From: an uncultured Nanoarchaeota archaeon
GTDB taxonomy: Archaea > Nanobdellota > Nanobdellia > Pacearchaeales > GW2011-AR1
DNA: 64,000 nucleotides
Reading direction: 5' to 3'
Assembly: GCA_963779925.1 (NCBI GenBank)
Contig: CAVZZS010000011.1
Span: 34,974-98,973, forward strand
Positions 33,943-44,391 of the stretch are shown here, piece after piece. The translations under genes and the position numbers were made by a program. The notes below the pieces were generated by a model. It saw only the letters and a list, made by a program, of their open reading frames with translations. It was not told the origin of the DNA and did not search any database. Position 1 is the first letter of the stretch, and every line of letters begins with the position of its first letter.

Positions 33943-34340
33943 AGGCAATAGGCGCTAGAGCAACAAGAGCTTTGAATGTTGGAGCAATGGTAATCGCAGC
34001 AGATAACAGCGGAGCAAGGATTGTAAGAATTGTCTCTGCCAAAAGATGGAAAGGTAAGAAAGGAAGACAAACAACTGCAAAAATCGGCGATTGGGTAAAA
34101 GTCAGCGTAAGAAAAGGCCTGCCAGACATGAGAGGAAAAGTATTCGATGCAATAGTCATCAGACAAAAAAAATCATACAGAAGATTAAATGGAGAAAGAA
34201 TAGCATTCGAAGATAATGCTGTCGCACTCTTGAAAGATGAAAAGGGAAATCCTAAAGGAACGCAAATAAAGGGCCCTGTAGCAAGAGAAATTATGGAGAG
34301 ATGGCCACAAGTAGCTAAAATTGCGTCAACGGTATACTAA
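33939..34340 (+). CDS. rpl14: 50S ribosomal protein L14 (uL14)
   Basis: MKAIGARATRALNVGAMVIAADNSGARI. ATG 33939 overlaps the S17 stop. The listed ORF starts at an upstream in-frame M. Confidence 0.9.
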   Translation: MKAIGARATRALNVGAMVIAADNSGARIVRIVSAKRWKGKKGRQTTAKIGDWVKVSVRKGLPDMRGKVFDAIVIRQKKSYRRLNGERIAFEDNAVALLKDEKGNPKGTQIKGPVAREIMERWPQVAKIASTVY

Positions 34341-34341
34341 A

Positions 34342-34740
34342 ATGAAAAATAAATTTAAGAAAAGCTGGAAAGCAAGCAGACAACCTCGAAAGCAGAGGAA
34401 ATATCTAGCTAAAGCTCCGCTCCACATAAAGAAAAAATTTGTGAGTGCAAATCTCTCTGAAGATTTAAGAAAAAAATACGGCACAAGAAATCTCTCTATA
34501 AGAAAAGGAGACACTGTCAAAATCATGAGAGGAAAGTTCAAAGGCAAGAGAGGTAAAGTTACCAAGGTCCTATTAAAGACTTCAAAAATCATTATTGATG
34601 GAATCCAAATAAAAAAGAAAGATGGATCAAAAATAGATGTCAAAATGGAACCCTCAAATTTGCAGATACTAGAATTGAATCTTGATGATAAAAAAAGAAT
34701 TAAAAGCAAAGAAAAAACAGAAGTTAAGGAGAATAAATAA
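34342..34740 (+). CDS. rpl24: 50S ribosomal protein L24 (uL24)
   Basis: KOW motif (KGDTVKIMRGKFKGKRGKV). ATG 34342 lies 1 nt after the L14 stop. Confidence 0.85.
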   Translation: MKNKFKKSWKASRQPRKQRKYLAKAPLHIKKKFVSANLSEDLRKKYGTRNLSIRKGDTVKIMRGKFKGKRGKVTKVLLKTSKIIIDGIQIKKKDGSKIDVKMEPSNLQILELNLDDKKRIKSKEKTEVKENK

Positions 34741-34741
34741 A

Positions 34742-35407
34742 ATGCATTTGAAAAGACAGGAAAGTCCAAAAAGCTGGCCTATTGAAAGGAAAGGAACGAC
34801 TTACTTAGTAAGACCCAACTACAGCATATATCAGGGAGTTCCGATATTAATTATTATCAGAGACATGCTTAAATTTGCAAAAGATAGAAGAGAAGTAAAA
34901 AAAGCCCTTAATTCCAAACAGATTTTATTGAACCAAAGAATTGTTTTTGATGACAAAGACAATGCTGTCCTATTTGATGTTATAACAATTATTCCTCCAA
35001 AAGAAAGCAATTTGCCTGAAAAGAATTACCGAGTATTGATAGGGAAGAATAAGAAATTTGAATTGAAAGAAATTCACCAATCCGAATCAGAACATAAAAT
35101 AGCAAAAGTCATTAACAAAACGACATTAAAAGGAAAGAAAACACAGATAAATCTTAGCGATGGAAGAAATTTCATTTCTGATCTTAAATGCAAGATGAAT
35201 GATTCTGTTTTAGTAAATTTAAAAAATAAAAAAATTGAAAAGTGCATACCTATGAAAAAAGATGCTAAGGCAATCGTATTTTCAGGAAAGCATGCCGGCG
35301 GGGAAGGAATAATAAAAGAAATTGACGAAGAAAAAAACATTGCAAGATTAGAAAGTCATGGAGAGATAATTAATATTTTAATTAAACAAATTATGGTGCT
35401 AGAATGA
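34742..35407 (+). CDS. rps4e: 30S ribosomal protein S4e
   Basis: MHLKRQESPKSWPIERKGTTYLVRP at the N-terminus. ATG 34742 immediately follows the L24 stop. Confidence 0.85.
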   Translation: MHLKRQESPKSWPIERKGTTYLVRPNYSIYQGVPILIIIRDMLKFAKDRREVKKALNSKQILLNQRIVFDDKDNAVLFDVITIIPPKESNLPEKNYRVLIGKNKKFELKEIHQSESEHKIAKVINKTTLKGKKTQINLSDGRNFISDLKCKMNDSVLVNLKNKKIEKCIPMKKDAKAIVFSGKHAGGEGIIKEIDEEKNIARLESHGEIINILIKQIMVLE

Positions 35408-35901
35408 GCAAGGATATGAGAGAGATAAAAATAGAGAAGCTGGTAATCAGTGTAGGCGGAACTGAAGATAAACTGGAAAAGAACACTAAATTAATAGAAT
35501 TACTTACTGGAAGAAAAGCTGCAAAAATGAAGACAAGAAAAAGAATTCCTACTTTAAGTGTAAGACCAAATTTGAATGTTGGATCTGTAATTACGATAAG
35601 AAGGGATTTTGATGAGTTATTAAGAAGATTATTGGTTGCTGTGGATAATAAAATAAGAAAAAAACAAATCAGTGAAAATACATTCTCATTTGGAATCAAA
35701 GAGTACATTGAAGTTCCAGGATTAGAATATCAAAGAGATCTCGGAATTACCGGTTTCGATGTTACATTGACTTTCAAAAGAGCGGGAAAAAGGATTCAGC
35801 TCAGAAGAATAAGAAATAAGAGTCTTCCTAGAAAACAGAGAATCAGCAAGGAAGAAATAATTAAATATATGGAAGAAAAGTATCAGACGAGGTTTAGATA
35901 A
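35404..35901 (+). CDS. rpl5: 50S ribosomal protein L5 (uL5)
   Basis: Order and sequence pattern ([12 protein letters not shown]..., [12 protein letters not shown]). Confidence 0.85.
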   Translation: MSKDMREIKIEKLVISVGGTEDKLEKNTKLIELLTGRKAAKMKTRKRIPTLSVRPNLNVGSVITIRRDFDELLRRLLVAVDNKIRKKQISENTFSFGIKEYIEVPGLEYQRDLGITGFDVTLTFKRAGKRIQLRRIRNKSLPRKQRISKEEIIKYMEEKYQTRFR

Positions 35902-35902
35902 A

Positions 35903-36133
35903 ATGACAGCAAGCGATTGGAGAAAAATATTGAAACAGCTCAAGGACAAACCCGTTGTAATGGATAAGTTCATTAGACATAACAAGCCTAAGGTCAGAAA
36001 GAATGGAATTGCATTGAATAAATGCGAGAGATGCGGAAGATTTGGAGCTCATATAGGTTCATACGGATTAAATTTATGCAGACAATGTTTCAGAGAAATC
36101 GCTGTAGATATTGGTTTCAAAAAATATTCATAA
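35903..36133 (+). CDS. rps14: 30S ribosomal protein S14 (uS14, zinc-binding type)
   Basis: [25 protein letters not shown]. Confidence 0.85.
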   Translation: MTASDWRKILKQLKDKPVVMDKFIRHNKPKVRKNGIALNKCERCGRFGAHIGSYGLNLCRQCFREIAVDIGFKKYS

Positions 36134-36134
36134 A

Positions 36135-36515
36135 ATGGCACAAGATATAGTAGCAGATGCATTGAACATGATAAAGAATGCCAAAAAGGCCGGAAGAGAT
36201 AGTGTCAAGATTGACAGAATCTCGAATCTCCTAATTGAAATCCTCAAAATAATGAAACAAAAGGAAGCCATCAAGAGATATAAGATAGATAGTAAAAACA
36301 GAAGCGTTGAGGTTGTCTTTGGAGATTTCTTGGAATGCAAATCGATTAAACCAAGATTTACGGTAAACAAAGACCAAATAGAAAAATACAGGAAAAGATA
36401 TTTGCCAGCAAGGAATATCGGAACAATAATCATCTCAACTAACAAAGGTTTGATGAGCCATGAAGAAGCAATGGAGAAAGGAGTCGGAGGAATCTTAATT
36501 TCCTACTTTTATTAA
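36135..36515 (+). CDS. rps8: 30S ribosomal protein S8 (uS8)
   Basis: MAQDIVADALNMIKNAKKAGRDSVKI. ATG 36135 follows the S14 stop. Confidence 0.85.
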   Translation: MAQDIVADALNMIKNAKKAGRDSVKIDRISNLLIEILKIMKQKEAIKRYKIDSKNRSVEVVFGDFLECKSIKPRFTVNKDQIEKYRKRYLPARNIGTIIISTNKGLMSHEEAMEKGVGGILISYFY

Positions 36516-36516
36516 A

Positions 36517-36972
36517 ATGAAAAAAGAAATTTCACAAAAGATAGAAATTCCGCAGAATACCGAGATAGTCATAGAAGGAAACATCATAATCGTTAAAGGC
36601 GTCCATGGAGAAAACAGAAGAAAATTAGATCTGAAAGAATTGGAAATTCATAAAGAAGATAATCATTTAACCATAAGCTGCAAGAAAGCAACAAAAAAGG
36701 AAAAAAAGAGAATAAATACCTCAATAGCACACATAAAAAATATGATTAAAGGTGTTTCAAATAAATTTGAATACCAAATGAAGATATGCTTCTCACATTT
36801 CCCAATAACTGCAGAAGTGAAAGGCCATGAATTGATTATAAAAAATTTCTTGGGCGAAAAGCAGAATAGAAAATCAAAAATCCCTAAAGGAGCAGAGATA
36901 AATGTGGGCAAAGAAATCATAACCATAAATTCAATAGACAAGGAAATTGCTGGACAGGCCTGCAAATATTGA
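36517..36972 (+). CDS. rpl6: 50S ribosomal protein L6 (uL6)
   Basis: Order and a two-repeat alpha/beta pattern. Confidence 0.85.
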   Translation: MKKEISQKIEIPQNTEIVIEGNIIIVKGVHGENRRKLDLKELEIHKEDNHLTISCKKATKKEKKRINTSIAHIKNMIKGVSNKFEYQMKICFSHFPITAEVKGHELIIKNFLGEKQNRKSKIPKGAEINVGKEIITINSIDKEIAGQACKY

Positions 36973-37053
36973 AACGGCAACTAAAATCAGAAATAGGGAT
37001 AAAAGAGTTTTCCAGGATGGAATTTTCATTATAAATAAAGCAGGAAAAGAAAT

Positions 37054-37419
37054 ATGACCGCAAAATTTGTGAGAAGAACCTGGAACAAATACTCAAAGCT
37101 CGGACTTAGGAGGAAAAAGAAACAAGTCTGGAGAAGGCCTCATGGAAGAGATAACAAGATGAGAGAGAAGAGAGGAGGCTATCCTCCAGTAGTAAGCATT
37201 GGTTACAGAGGAGAAAAAGCATTCAGAGGAAAAATAGAAGAAAAGAATGCTGTAATGGTAAAGAATCTAAAGGATCTTTCAAAAATTAAAAAAGGAGAAA
37301 TCGCAATCATAGGAAAAATCGGGAAAAAGAATAAATTAGAAATTGCCAAAAAGGCAAAAAATGAAAACATTCCAATTTACAATCTGAATATAAATAAATT
37401 CCTTAAACAAGCAAAATGA
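37054..37419 (+). CDS. rpl32e: 50S ribosomal protein L32e
   Basis: [33 protein letters not shown]. Confidence 0.85.
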   Translation: MTAKFVRRTWNKYSKLGLRRKKKQVWRRPHGRDNKMREKRGGYPPVVSIGYRGEKAFRGKIEEKNAVMVKNLKDLSKIKKGEIAIIGKIGKKNKLEIAKKAKNENIPIYNLNINKFLKQAK

Positions 37420-37823
37420 AACTCGATAAGAAAAAAGCTTTAGCTGCAAGAATTTTTGGAGTTGGAAAGAAAAGAATAATCTTCGTTGAGCCAAGACTTG
37501 ATGAAATCAAAGAAGCAATTACAAAGGATGATATCCGAGCCTTGAGAGCAGATGGAGCAATAATAATTAGAGAGATAAAAGCAAAAAGATCCACACAAAA
37601 AAGGAAGGTTAAGAGAAGTCCAGGGAACATCAGAAAGAATGCAAAAAACAGAAAAAGGGAGTATATCACAATTACAAGAAAATTAAGAAAAGACGTCCAA
37701 GACTTAAAAAACAAAAACCTTTTAACGAAGGAACAAACAGTAGATATCAGAAAGAAAATCAGAAACAGATATTTCAGAAGTAAATCTCATCTAAAGGAAT
37801 ATATTAGCACATTAGAAAAATGA
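37416..37823 (+). CDS. rpl19e: 50S ribosomal protein L19e
   Basis: [26 protein letters not shown]. Confidence 0.85.
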   Translation: MKLDKKKALAARIFGVGKKRIIFVEPRLDEIKEAITKDDIRALRADGAIIIREIKAKRSTQKRKVKRSPGNIRKNAKNRKREYITITRKLRKDVQDLKNKNLLTKEQTVDIRKKIRNRYFRSKSHLKEYISTLEK

Positions 37824-38314
37824 AAAAAGTATTTAATCGAAGAAGGGAAGGGAAAACCGACTACGGCAAGAGAATAAAATTGCTTAGCGGAGGCATCCCA
37901 AGAGTTGTCTTCAGAAAAACTAACCGATATATAATCGCGCAATATGTCATATCAAAAGAAGCAAAAGATAAGATAGAAATCGGTTTGACTTCAAAAAATC
38001 TTGAAAAGTACGGATGGCCAAAAGAATTTGAAGGAAGCTTAAAGTCAATCTCTGCCGCTTATCTTACTGGATTTTTAATGGGGAAAAAAATTTTGAAAGA
38101 AAAGAAAGAAAAACCAATTTTTGACATCGGCATGACCTCTTCAACGCATAAAACAAAACCATATGCTTTCCTTAAGGGACTTATTGATGCAGGACTAAAA
38201 CTGGATCATGATGCAAAAATATTTCCTGAAGAAAACAGAATTAAAGGAAAACATATGAAGAAAGATTTTTCACCTTTATATGAAAAAATTAAATTGAATA
38301 TCGAGAAAGAATAA
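37820..38314 (+). CDS. rpl18: 50S ribosomal protein L18 (uL18)
   Basis: RRREGKTDYGKRIKLL. Confidence 0.85.
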   Translation: MKKVFNRRREGKTDYGKRIKLLSGGIPRVVFRKTNRYIIAQYVISKEAKDKIEIGLTSKNLEKYGWPKEFEGSLKSISAAYLTGFLMGKKILKEKKEKPIFDIGMTSSTHKTKPYAFLKGLIDAGLKLDHDAKIFPEENRIKGKHMKKDFSPLYEKIKLNIEKE

Positions 38315-39132
38315 TGGCTGAAAAAGAAAGCAAGAGATTCGAGATAAAAAAAGAAGATTACGACGCTCCTGTAGCTGACGCTGCAGAGAAGATTATAGAA
38401 AAAGACATAAATGCCGGCGAAGAAGAATTAGACGAAGAAATAGAAAAAGAATTAGAAGGAAAAGAATATATTGCACCCGAAGAAAAATCAATCAGAAATG
38501 AATTTTTGTCCTGGACTCCAAAGACTAAACTGGGAAGAGAAGTCAAGGAAGGAAAGATAAAAAACATTGATGAAATTCTGGACAACAATATTAAGATTCT
38601 TGAAGATAAAATCGTTGATTCTTTAATGAATTTGAAATCAGACTTAAGCTCTGTCGGACAATCTAAAGGTAAATTTGGCGGCGGAAAAAGAAGAGCATGG
38701 AGACAGACCCAGAAAAAAACAAAAGAAGGCAATGTCCCAAACTTCTCTGCACTTGCAATTGTCGGCGATGAAAATGGGCATATAGGAGTCGGAGACGGAA
38801 AAGCTAAAGAAACTCTGCCTGCAAGAGACAAAGCTGTAAGAAAGGCCAAGCTTAATTTGATAAAAATCAGAAGGGCCTGTGGAAGTTTTGACTGCTCCTG
38901 CTCAGAAGAACATTCAATTCCTATGAAAGTTATGGGAAGATCCGGAAGTGTAAGAGTAATCTTAATACCCGCACCTCAAGGAACAGGATTAGTTGTCGCA
39001 GATGAATTAAAGAAGGTACTGCAACTAGCAGGAGTGAAAGATGTTTATAGCAAAACATTCGGCAAGAAGCAAACAACATTCAATTTAGTTAAAGCATGCA
39101 TGAATGCATTGGAGAAAACAAACACAAAATGA
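38314..39132 (+). CDS. rps5: 30S ribosomal protein S5 (uS5) with acidic N-terminal extension
   Basis: S5 dsRBD and C-terminal domains (LSALAIVGDENGHIGVGDGKAKE...). Confidence 0.85.
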   Translation: MAEKESKRFEIKKEDYDAPVADAAEKIIEKDINAGEEELDEEIEKELEGKEYIAPEEKSIRNEFLSWTPKTKLGREVKEGKIKNIDEILDNNIKILEDKIVDSLMNLKSDLSSVGQSKGKFGGGKRRAWRQTQKKTKEGNVPNFSALAIVGDENGHIGVGDGKAKETLPARDKAVRKAKLNLIKIRRACGSFDCSCSEEHSIPMKVMGRSGSVRVILIPAPQGTGLVVADELKKVLQLAGVKDVYSKTFGKKQTTFNLVKACMNALEKTNTK

Positions 39133-39548
39133 TATGCCTTATAAGAATCAAAGGAGAAGTGGGATTAAGGAGAGATGTAGAGGAAACCTTGAATAGATTG
39201 AGGCTTAAAAGAAAATATTCCTGCGTTGTAATGGCTCATCCAAAAGAAGAACAATTGGGCATGATTAAAAAAGTTAAAGATTTTATAGCATTTGGCGAAA
39301 TAAATGAAGGAACATTTGAAAAACTAGTTGAAAAAAGAGGACAAATAATTGACAAATCAAAAAAGATTAATGCTAAAGAGATCGCAAAGGAAATTGAAAA
39401 AGGAAAGAGGTATGAAGAATTAAATTTGAAGCCTTTTTTCAGATTGCATCCACCAAGAGGGGGAATAAAGAGCAAATATCATTTTCCACAAGGAGTTTTA
39501 GGAAATCACAAAGAAAAAATAAATGAATTACTGGAGAGAATGCTATGA
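39129..39548 (+). CDS. rpl30: 50S ribosomal protein L30 (uL30)
   Basis: MICLIRIKGEVGLRRDVEETLNRLRLKRKYSCVV. ATG 39129 overlaps the S5 stop. Confidence 0.85.
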   Translation: MICLIRIKGEVGLRRDVEETLNRLRLKRKYSCVVMAHPKEEQLGMIKKVKDFIAFGEINEGTFEKLVEKRGQIIDKSKKINAKEIAKEIEKGKRYEELNLKPFFRLHPPRGGIKSKYHFPQGVLGNHKEKINELLERML

Positions 39549-40018
39549 TAAAGACACATAAGAAAAGAAAAACAGGAAAGTACAGAGGAAAGAGAGCCGG
39601 AACCTATGGCTGGGGAGCAAGAAAAAAGCATAAGAAAAGCGGACATAGAGGTGGAAAAGGAATGGCCGGAACCGGTAAGCGAGGAGATCAGAAAAAAACA
39701 TTAGTTCAAGCCCTTTACGGAAATGACTATTTCGGAAAGCAGGGAGTCACAAGCAGGGGAACACAAAAAGACAAATCAAATAAAATTAATTTAGCAGATA
39801 TTGAAAGAAATCTTGATAGCTATATAAATAAGGGAATTGCAAAAAAAACAAGCAAAGGAATTGAAATTGACTTAGGTTCTTATAAAATACTGGGAGATGG
39901 AAATATAAAGAATAAGCTTTTTATAAAATCAAGGAGCGCATCAAAAACTGCAGAAGAAAAAATTAAAAAAAGCGGTGGCGAGATTTTTATAAAGGAAAAC
40001 GCTGATATAGAGGCATAA
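39545..40018 (+). CDS. rpl15: 50S ribosomal protein L15 (uL15)
   Basis: Gly/Arg/Lys-rich N-terminus (KRAGTYGWGARKKHKKSGHRGGKGMAG). Confidence 0.85.
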   Translation: MIKTHKKRKTGKYRGKRAGTYGWGARKKHKKSGHRGGKGMAGTGKRGDQKKTLVQALYGNDYFGKQGVTSRGTQKDKSNKINLADIERNLDSYINKGIAKKTSKGIEIDLGSYKILGDGNIKNKLFIKSRSASKTAEEKIKKSGGEIFIKENADIEA

Positions 40019-40019
40019 A

Positions 40020-41456
40020 ATGGATTTTAGAGGGATCCTCAAATTTATTCCAGAGGTCAAATCTCCTGAAGAGAAAAAACTTAGCTTTGGAGAGAAAGCT
40101 AAGTGGACGATTATTGTCTTGCTTTCATTTTTTATTCTTACAAATATTCCTCTTTTTGGATTATCTGCTAATGCCTTATCAAGATTTCAATATCTTGCTA
40201 TAATTCTTGGAACAAACTTTGGTAGCATAATCTCCTTGGGAATTGGGCCTATTGTCATGGCCTCTGTTATCCTGCAATTGCTTGCAGGTTCCGGAATTCT
40301 GAATATAGATACGACAAATGCTGAAGGAAGAAGATTTTTCCAGGGGCTTCAGAAATTGCTCACCTTCTTCTTCATAATCTTTGAAGCAGTAGTTTATGTA
40401 TTAATGCAAGGATTGCAAGCAACCCCTGGTTTTGCATGGCTAGTGATCTTCCAACTTATACTTGGAGGTATCGCAATCTACTATATGGATGAACTAGTTG
40501 GCAAATGGGGACTAGGCCAGGGAATAAGTTTGTTCATCGCAGCAGGCGTTTCATGGAGGCTTATAACAAGTTCGCTACAATTTATAGATCAACAGGGAAG
40601 AAATTGCCTTCTTAATTTCTCCACTGTTCCTTGCTCTGGAAAGATTTTGGTTTTAATACAATCTCTAGTAACAAAACAAAATGTTGAATTAGTATCTGCA
40701 GCTGCAGCCATTCTTGTAACTATCGGTATATTTTTATTAGTTATTTGGGCACAGAGCTTGAAAGTTGAAATTCCATTATCTTTTGGAAGAATAAGAGGAT
40801 ATACCGTAAAACAGCCATTAGCATTTTTCTATGCTTCAGTTATTCCAGTCATCTTAACCGCAGCTTTAGTCGCGAATGTACAATTATTTGGAGGAATCTT
40901 CGAAAATGCAGCGACAGCTTGTTTATCGGGAGGGACATGTACTGGACTTGCCAGGTTTGCTTCGCATTTCACATTCTTAGGTCATTTTGTGCAGGGACAG
41001 GCTGTTTCTGGATTTGCATTCTGGATCGGATCCACTAATATTCTTGACCTATTAATCAGGGGGGGATTCCTTCCACAATATATTTTACAAGGAATTATCC
41101 ATGCATTATTCTTCATGACATTTTCTACACTATTCGCCGTATTCTGGGTCAAGACATCAGGTATGGATGCTAAGTCACAAGCACATAAAATTGCAGCTTC
41201 TGGTTTGCAAGTTGCCGGATTCAGACAAGATGAAAGAGTTTTAGAAACAATTCTTGATAGATACGTCATGCCTTTGACTGTGATGGGGGGAATAGCAATT
41301 GGGCTTTTGGCTTCTGTAACGGATTTGATGGGTGCTTTAGTTTCTGGAACATCAATCTTGCTGGTAATTATGATTACAAATCAGTTCTATCAAAGCATTG
41401 CGCAGCAACATCCAGAGATAATAAATCCCTCTTTAGGAAAATTTGTTAAGGGTTAA
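40020..41456 (+). CDS. secY: preprotein translocase SecY (Sec61 alpha)
   Basis: 10-TM architecture with a conserved plug and lateral-gate region. It terminates the spc-like cluster. Confidence 0.9.
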   Translation: MDFRGILKFIPEVKSPEEKKLSFGEKAKWTIIVLLSFFILTNIPLFGLSANALSRFQYLAIILGTNFGSIISLGIGPIVMASVILQLLAGSGILNIDTTNAEGRRFFQGLQKLLTFFFIIFEAVVYVLMQGLQATPGFAWLVIFQLILGGIAIYYMDELVGKWGLGQGISLFIAAGVSWRLITSSLQFIDQQGRNCLLNFSTVPCSGKILVLIQSLVTKQNVELVSAAAAILVTIGIFLLVIWAQSLKVEIPLSFGRIRGYTVKQPLAFFYASVIPVILTAALVANVQLFGGIFENAATACLSGGTCTGLARFASHFTFLGHFVQGQAVSGFAFWIGSTNILDLLIRGGFLPQYILQGIIHALFFMTFSTLFAVFWVKTSGMDAKSQAHKIAASGLQVAGFRQDERVLETILDRYVMPLTVMGGIAIGLLASVTDLMGALVSGTSILLVIMITNQFYQSIAQQHPEIINPSLGKFVKG

Positions 41457-41487
41457 CTTTTAAAAACCAATCTGATTAGTAGATAAC

Positions 41488-42021
41488 ATGAATAAAGAAG
41501 GAAGTTATGCCCCGATATTTATTATAATGGCTCTGTCCATTTTAATTGCAGGTTTCTGGAACCAGATTCCATACCTTAAATCTTCAATAGATTATGTTTT
41601 GAATCCGACTGCAGGATGGCTTTTAAGTTGGAATAAGACTATTGGGATGTTGCTAGTTGTCTTCATCATTTCCCTTATATCAATATTAGTACAAAAATAT
41701 GCTACAGATCAAAAACAGCTTAAAGAATTAAGAAAGGAACAAAAACTTCTTCAGGAAGAAATGAAAAAATTCAAAGAACATCCTGAAAAATTAATGGAAT
41801 TGCAGAAAAAGCAAATGGCATTTCTTCCGCAAACAATGAAGCTCAGCACAAGGGCCATATTATTCACCGGTGTCCCTTTCATCTTACTTTTTAGATGGTT
41901 TAATGATTATTTTGTTGCAAGCCCCTATAATTTCTTAGGTTTCATCTCTTGGTTTTGGTTTTATCTGATTTTCACATTGATATTTACTGCAATTCTAAGA
42001 AAAGTGCTGGATGTAGTTTAA
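41488..42021 (+). CDS. DUF106/EMC3-like membrane protein (archaeal YidC/Oxa1-like insertase candidate)
   Basis: Three TM helices with an intervening Lys/Glu-rich coiled coil. It lies directly downstream of secY, as in many archaea. Confidence 0.5.
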   Translation: MNKEGSYAPIFIIMALSILIAGFWNQIPYLKSSIDYVLNPTAGWLLSWNKTIGMLLVVFIISLISILVQKYATDQKQLKELRKEQKLLQEEMKKFKEHPEKLMELQKKQMAFLPQTMKLSTRAILFTGVPFILLFRWFNDYFVASPYNFLGFISWFWFYLIFTLIFTAILRKVLDVV

Positions 42022-42054
42022 GAAGATTTAAAAGTAATTTAATTTCTTAAAATA

Positions 42055-42432
42055 ATGGAAAATCAAGAAATTGTCTTCAAATTGGGAATGCTTGAACAAC
42101 AATTGCAGGCTGTAGACAGAGGAATCACTGAACTTGAATCTTTGAATCTTGGATTGGATGAGATTAAGGGTTCTAAGGATAAAGAAATTTTTGCCCAAAT
42201 TGGAAGGGGAATTTACATTAAAGCAAAAATTATCTCGGAAGAATTAACAGTCAATATTGGAGAAAACAATTTTGTAAACCGGGATGTTTCTGAAACAAAG
42301 AAATTAATTATAGACCAGATAAAAAGATTAAAAGACGTCGAAGTAGAATTGGAAAAAAATATTGAGACTACCAATAATGAATTTCTCATAATAGTTCAAG
42401 AATATCAAAAACAGGAAAAATCAGAGCAATAA
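42055..42432 (+). CDS. pfdA: prefoldin alpha subunit
   Basis: Coiled coil, central double hairpin (IFAQIGRGIYIKAKI...), coiled coil. Confidence 0.55.
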   Translation: MENQEIVFKLGMLEQQLQAVDRGITELESLNLGLDEIKGSKDKEIFAQIGRGIYIKAKIISEELTVNIGENNFVNRDVSETKKLIIDQIKRLKDVEVELEKNIETTNNEFLIIVQEYQKQEKSEQ

Positions 42433-42461
42433 TTTAAAAATTCTGCTACTATCATTCTGGA

Positions 42462-43316
42462 ATGTTAGAGTCTTTAATTAATCCAAGAAAAGCTGAAAGA
42501 AAACCTTGGGAAATGTTTTTTATTGGTTTAATTTATGCTTCTCTTTCTTTGCTCCTTGTCCATTGGTTTTTTTCAAGCGATGCCGTTTTATCGCAATATT
42601 CTGGTATTCTGATTGTAACTTTTTGTGTAATGTTCTCTTTGCCTTTTATGTATTTTATAATAAGAAGGGAAGAAAATAATGATGAAGTGGAAGAAGGCAG
42701 CGTGTGGAATATTCACAAAGATGCCATTTATGCTTTAATGTGGCTATTCCTTGGATTCATAGTCGCTTTTTCTTTTTGGTACATCATTCTTCAAGATAAT
42801 AGTCTATTTAATGCACAAGTCGGAATCTATTGCTCAATAAACAGCCCAAACAATGTAAATAGCTGCATTACACAATATCTTCCTGCAAACCAGATTAGCG
42901 GAGCTGCAAGCACGGCAAATCCGATTCAGTTTATCTCAATTTTAGAAAATAACATGTTTGTGATGATATTTACATTATTACTATCTTTGGTCTTTGGAGC
43001 GGGGGCCATCTTTATTTTGGCATGGAATGCTAGCGTCATCTCTGCAAGCATAGGAATTTTCACAAAGTATAACTTAATTGACATCCCTCTTGGCATTGCG
43101 AGATATATGATCCATGGTTTTCCCGAGATTACTGCATATTTCATTGCAGCGTTAGCGGGGGGAATTTTTGGCGTCGGAATTGCAAGACACGGAATAAAAA
43201 ATAAAATGTTTGTAAAAGTCACTCAACATGCCGCAGTATTGATTTTAATATCAATTGCTTTGCTAATTATCGCTGGATTGATGGAAGTTTATCTAACTCC
43301 TCTTTTGTTTCATTAA
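42462..43316 (+). CDS. SpoIIM/DUF95-like polytopic membrane protein
   Basis: HGFPEITAYFIAALAGGIFGVG motif and a 5-6 TM pattern. Confidence 0.35.
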   Translation: MLESLINPRKAERKPWEMFFIGLIYASLSLLLVHWFFSSDAVLSQYSGILIVTFCVMFSLPFMYFIIRREENNDEVEEGSVWNIHKDAIYALMWLFLGFIVAFSFWYIILQDNSLFNAQVGIYCSINSPNNVNSCITQYLPANQISGAASTANPIQFISILENNMFVMIFTLLLSLVFGAGAIFILAWNASVISASIGIFTKYNLIDIPLGIARYMIHGFPEITAYFIAALAGGIFGVGIARHGIKNKMFVKVTQHAAVLILISIALLIIAGLMEVYLTPLLFH

Positions 43317-43346
43317 CTTTAAAAGCGAAAAAATATTCTGAAGATT

Positions 43347-44351
43347 ATGGTTGAGCCTTTATTATTTGGAACAATCTTAATCAGTTTTTTTGTAACTCTT
43401 TTGATTATGCCTCTTTGGATTAAAAAGGCAAAACAAATCGGATTGATCTGGGAAGATATGAATAAGCCGCATAGAGAAAAGAATGTCGCAAGCTCTGGGG
43501 GGGTTATTGTTATCCTTGGAACTCTTGTAGGTGTTTTTCTATATATCGCGATTAGAACATTTTATTTCAAATCATCTGATGGCGGAACTTTAGTTGATAT
43601 TTTTGCAATAATCAGCTCTCTATTTCTGGTAACTGGAGTTGGTTTAATCGATGATTTATTTGGCTGGAAAAAAGGGGGCATGTCAATCCGTTCTAGGCTA
43701 ATTTTAATCTTATTCTCAGCAGTTCCCCTAATGGTGATTAATGCAGGGAACTCCTCAGTAATGGGGATTAATATCGGTCTTTTATATCCTTTATTGGCGA
43801 TTCCAATCGGTGTTGTTGGTGCAACTACAACTTATAATTTTTTGGCAGGATATAATGGATTAGAGGCAAGACAGGGAATTTTAATTTTATCTGCACTTGC
43901 ATTTGTTGCTTACTTGCATGGAGAAAGTTGGCTTAGCCTTATCGCATTAATCATGGTTGCTTCCTTATTCGCCTTTTATTTATTTAATAGATATCCCTCA
44001 AAAGTATTCCCGGGAGACGTAATGACTTATTCAATTGGTATGATGATTGCTGCAATAGCTGTTTTAGGGGGATTGGAATTAATTGCCATCTTATTCTTTA
44101 TACCTTATATTATAGAAACGATATTAAAATCGAGAGGCAGATTGAAGAAGTATAGCTTCGGCAAACCCAATGATGATGGAACTCTAGATTTGGCATATGA
44201 TAAAATTTATGGATTAGAACATTTGGCAATTAAAATACTGAAAAAAATAAAGCCTAGCCATAAAGTATATGAAAGAGATGTTGTCAATTTAATAAACGGG
44301 TTTCAGTTAATAATAATTATATTAACTTTAATTATTACTAATAATCTTTGA
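43347..44351 (+). CDS. polyprenyl-phosphate HexNAc-1-phosphate transferase (MraY/WecA/AglH GPT family)
   Basis: VGLIDDLFGW (DD motif), NFLAGYNGLEA and FPGDVMTYSIG motifs. About 10 TM helices. Confidence 0.7.
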   Translation: MVEPLLFGTILISFFVTLLIMPLWIKKAKQIGLIWEDMNKPHREKNVASSGGVIVILGTLVGVFLYIAIRTFYFKSSDGGTLVDIFAIISSLFLVTGVGLIDDLFGWKKGGMSIRSRLILILFSAVPLMVINAGNSSVMGINIGLLYPLLAIPIGVVGATTTYNFLAGYNGLEARQGILILSALAFVAYLHGESWLSLIALIMVASLFAFYLFNRYPSKVFPGDVMTYSIGMMIAAIAVLGGLELIAILFFIPYIIETILKSRGRLKKYSFGKPNDDGTLDLAYDKIYGLEHLAIKILKKIKPSHKVYERDVVNLINGFQLIIIILTLIITNNL

Positions 44352-44391
44352 GTTTTCATAATCTTTTTAAATGAATTAACTATATAGCATA

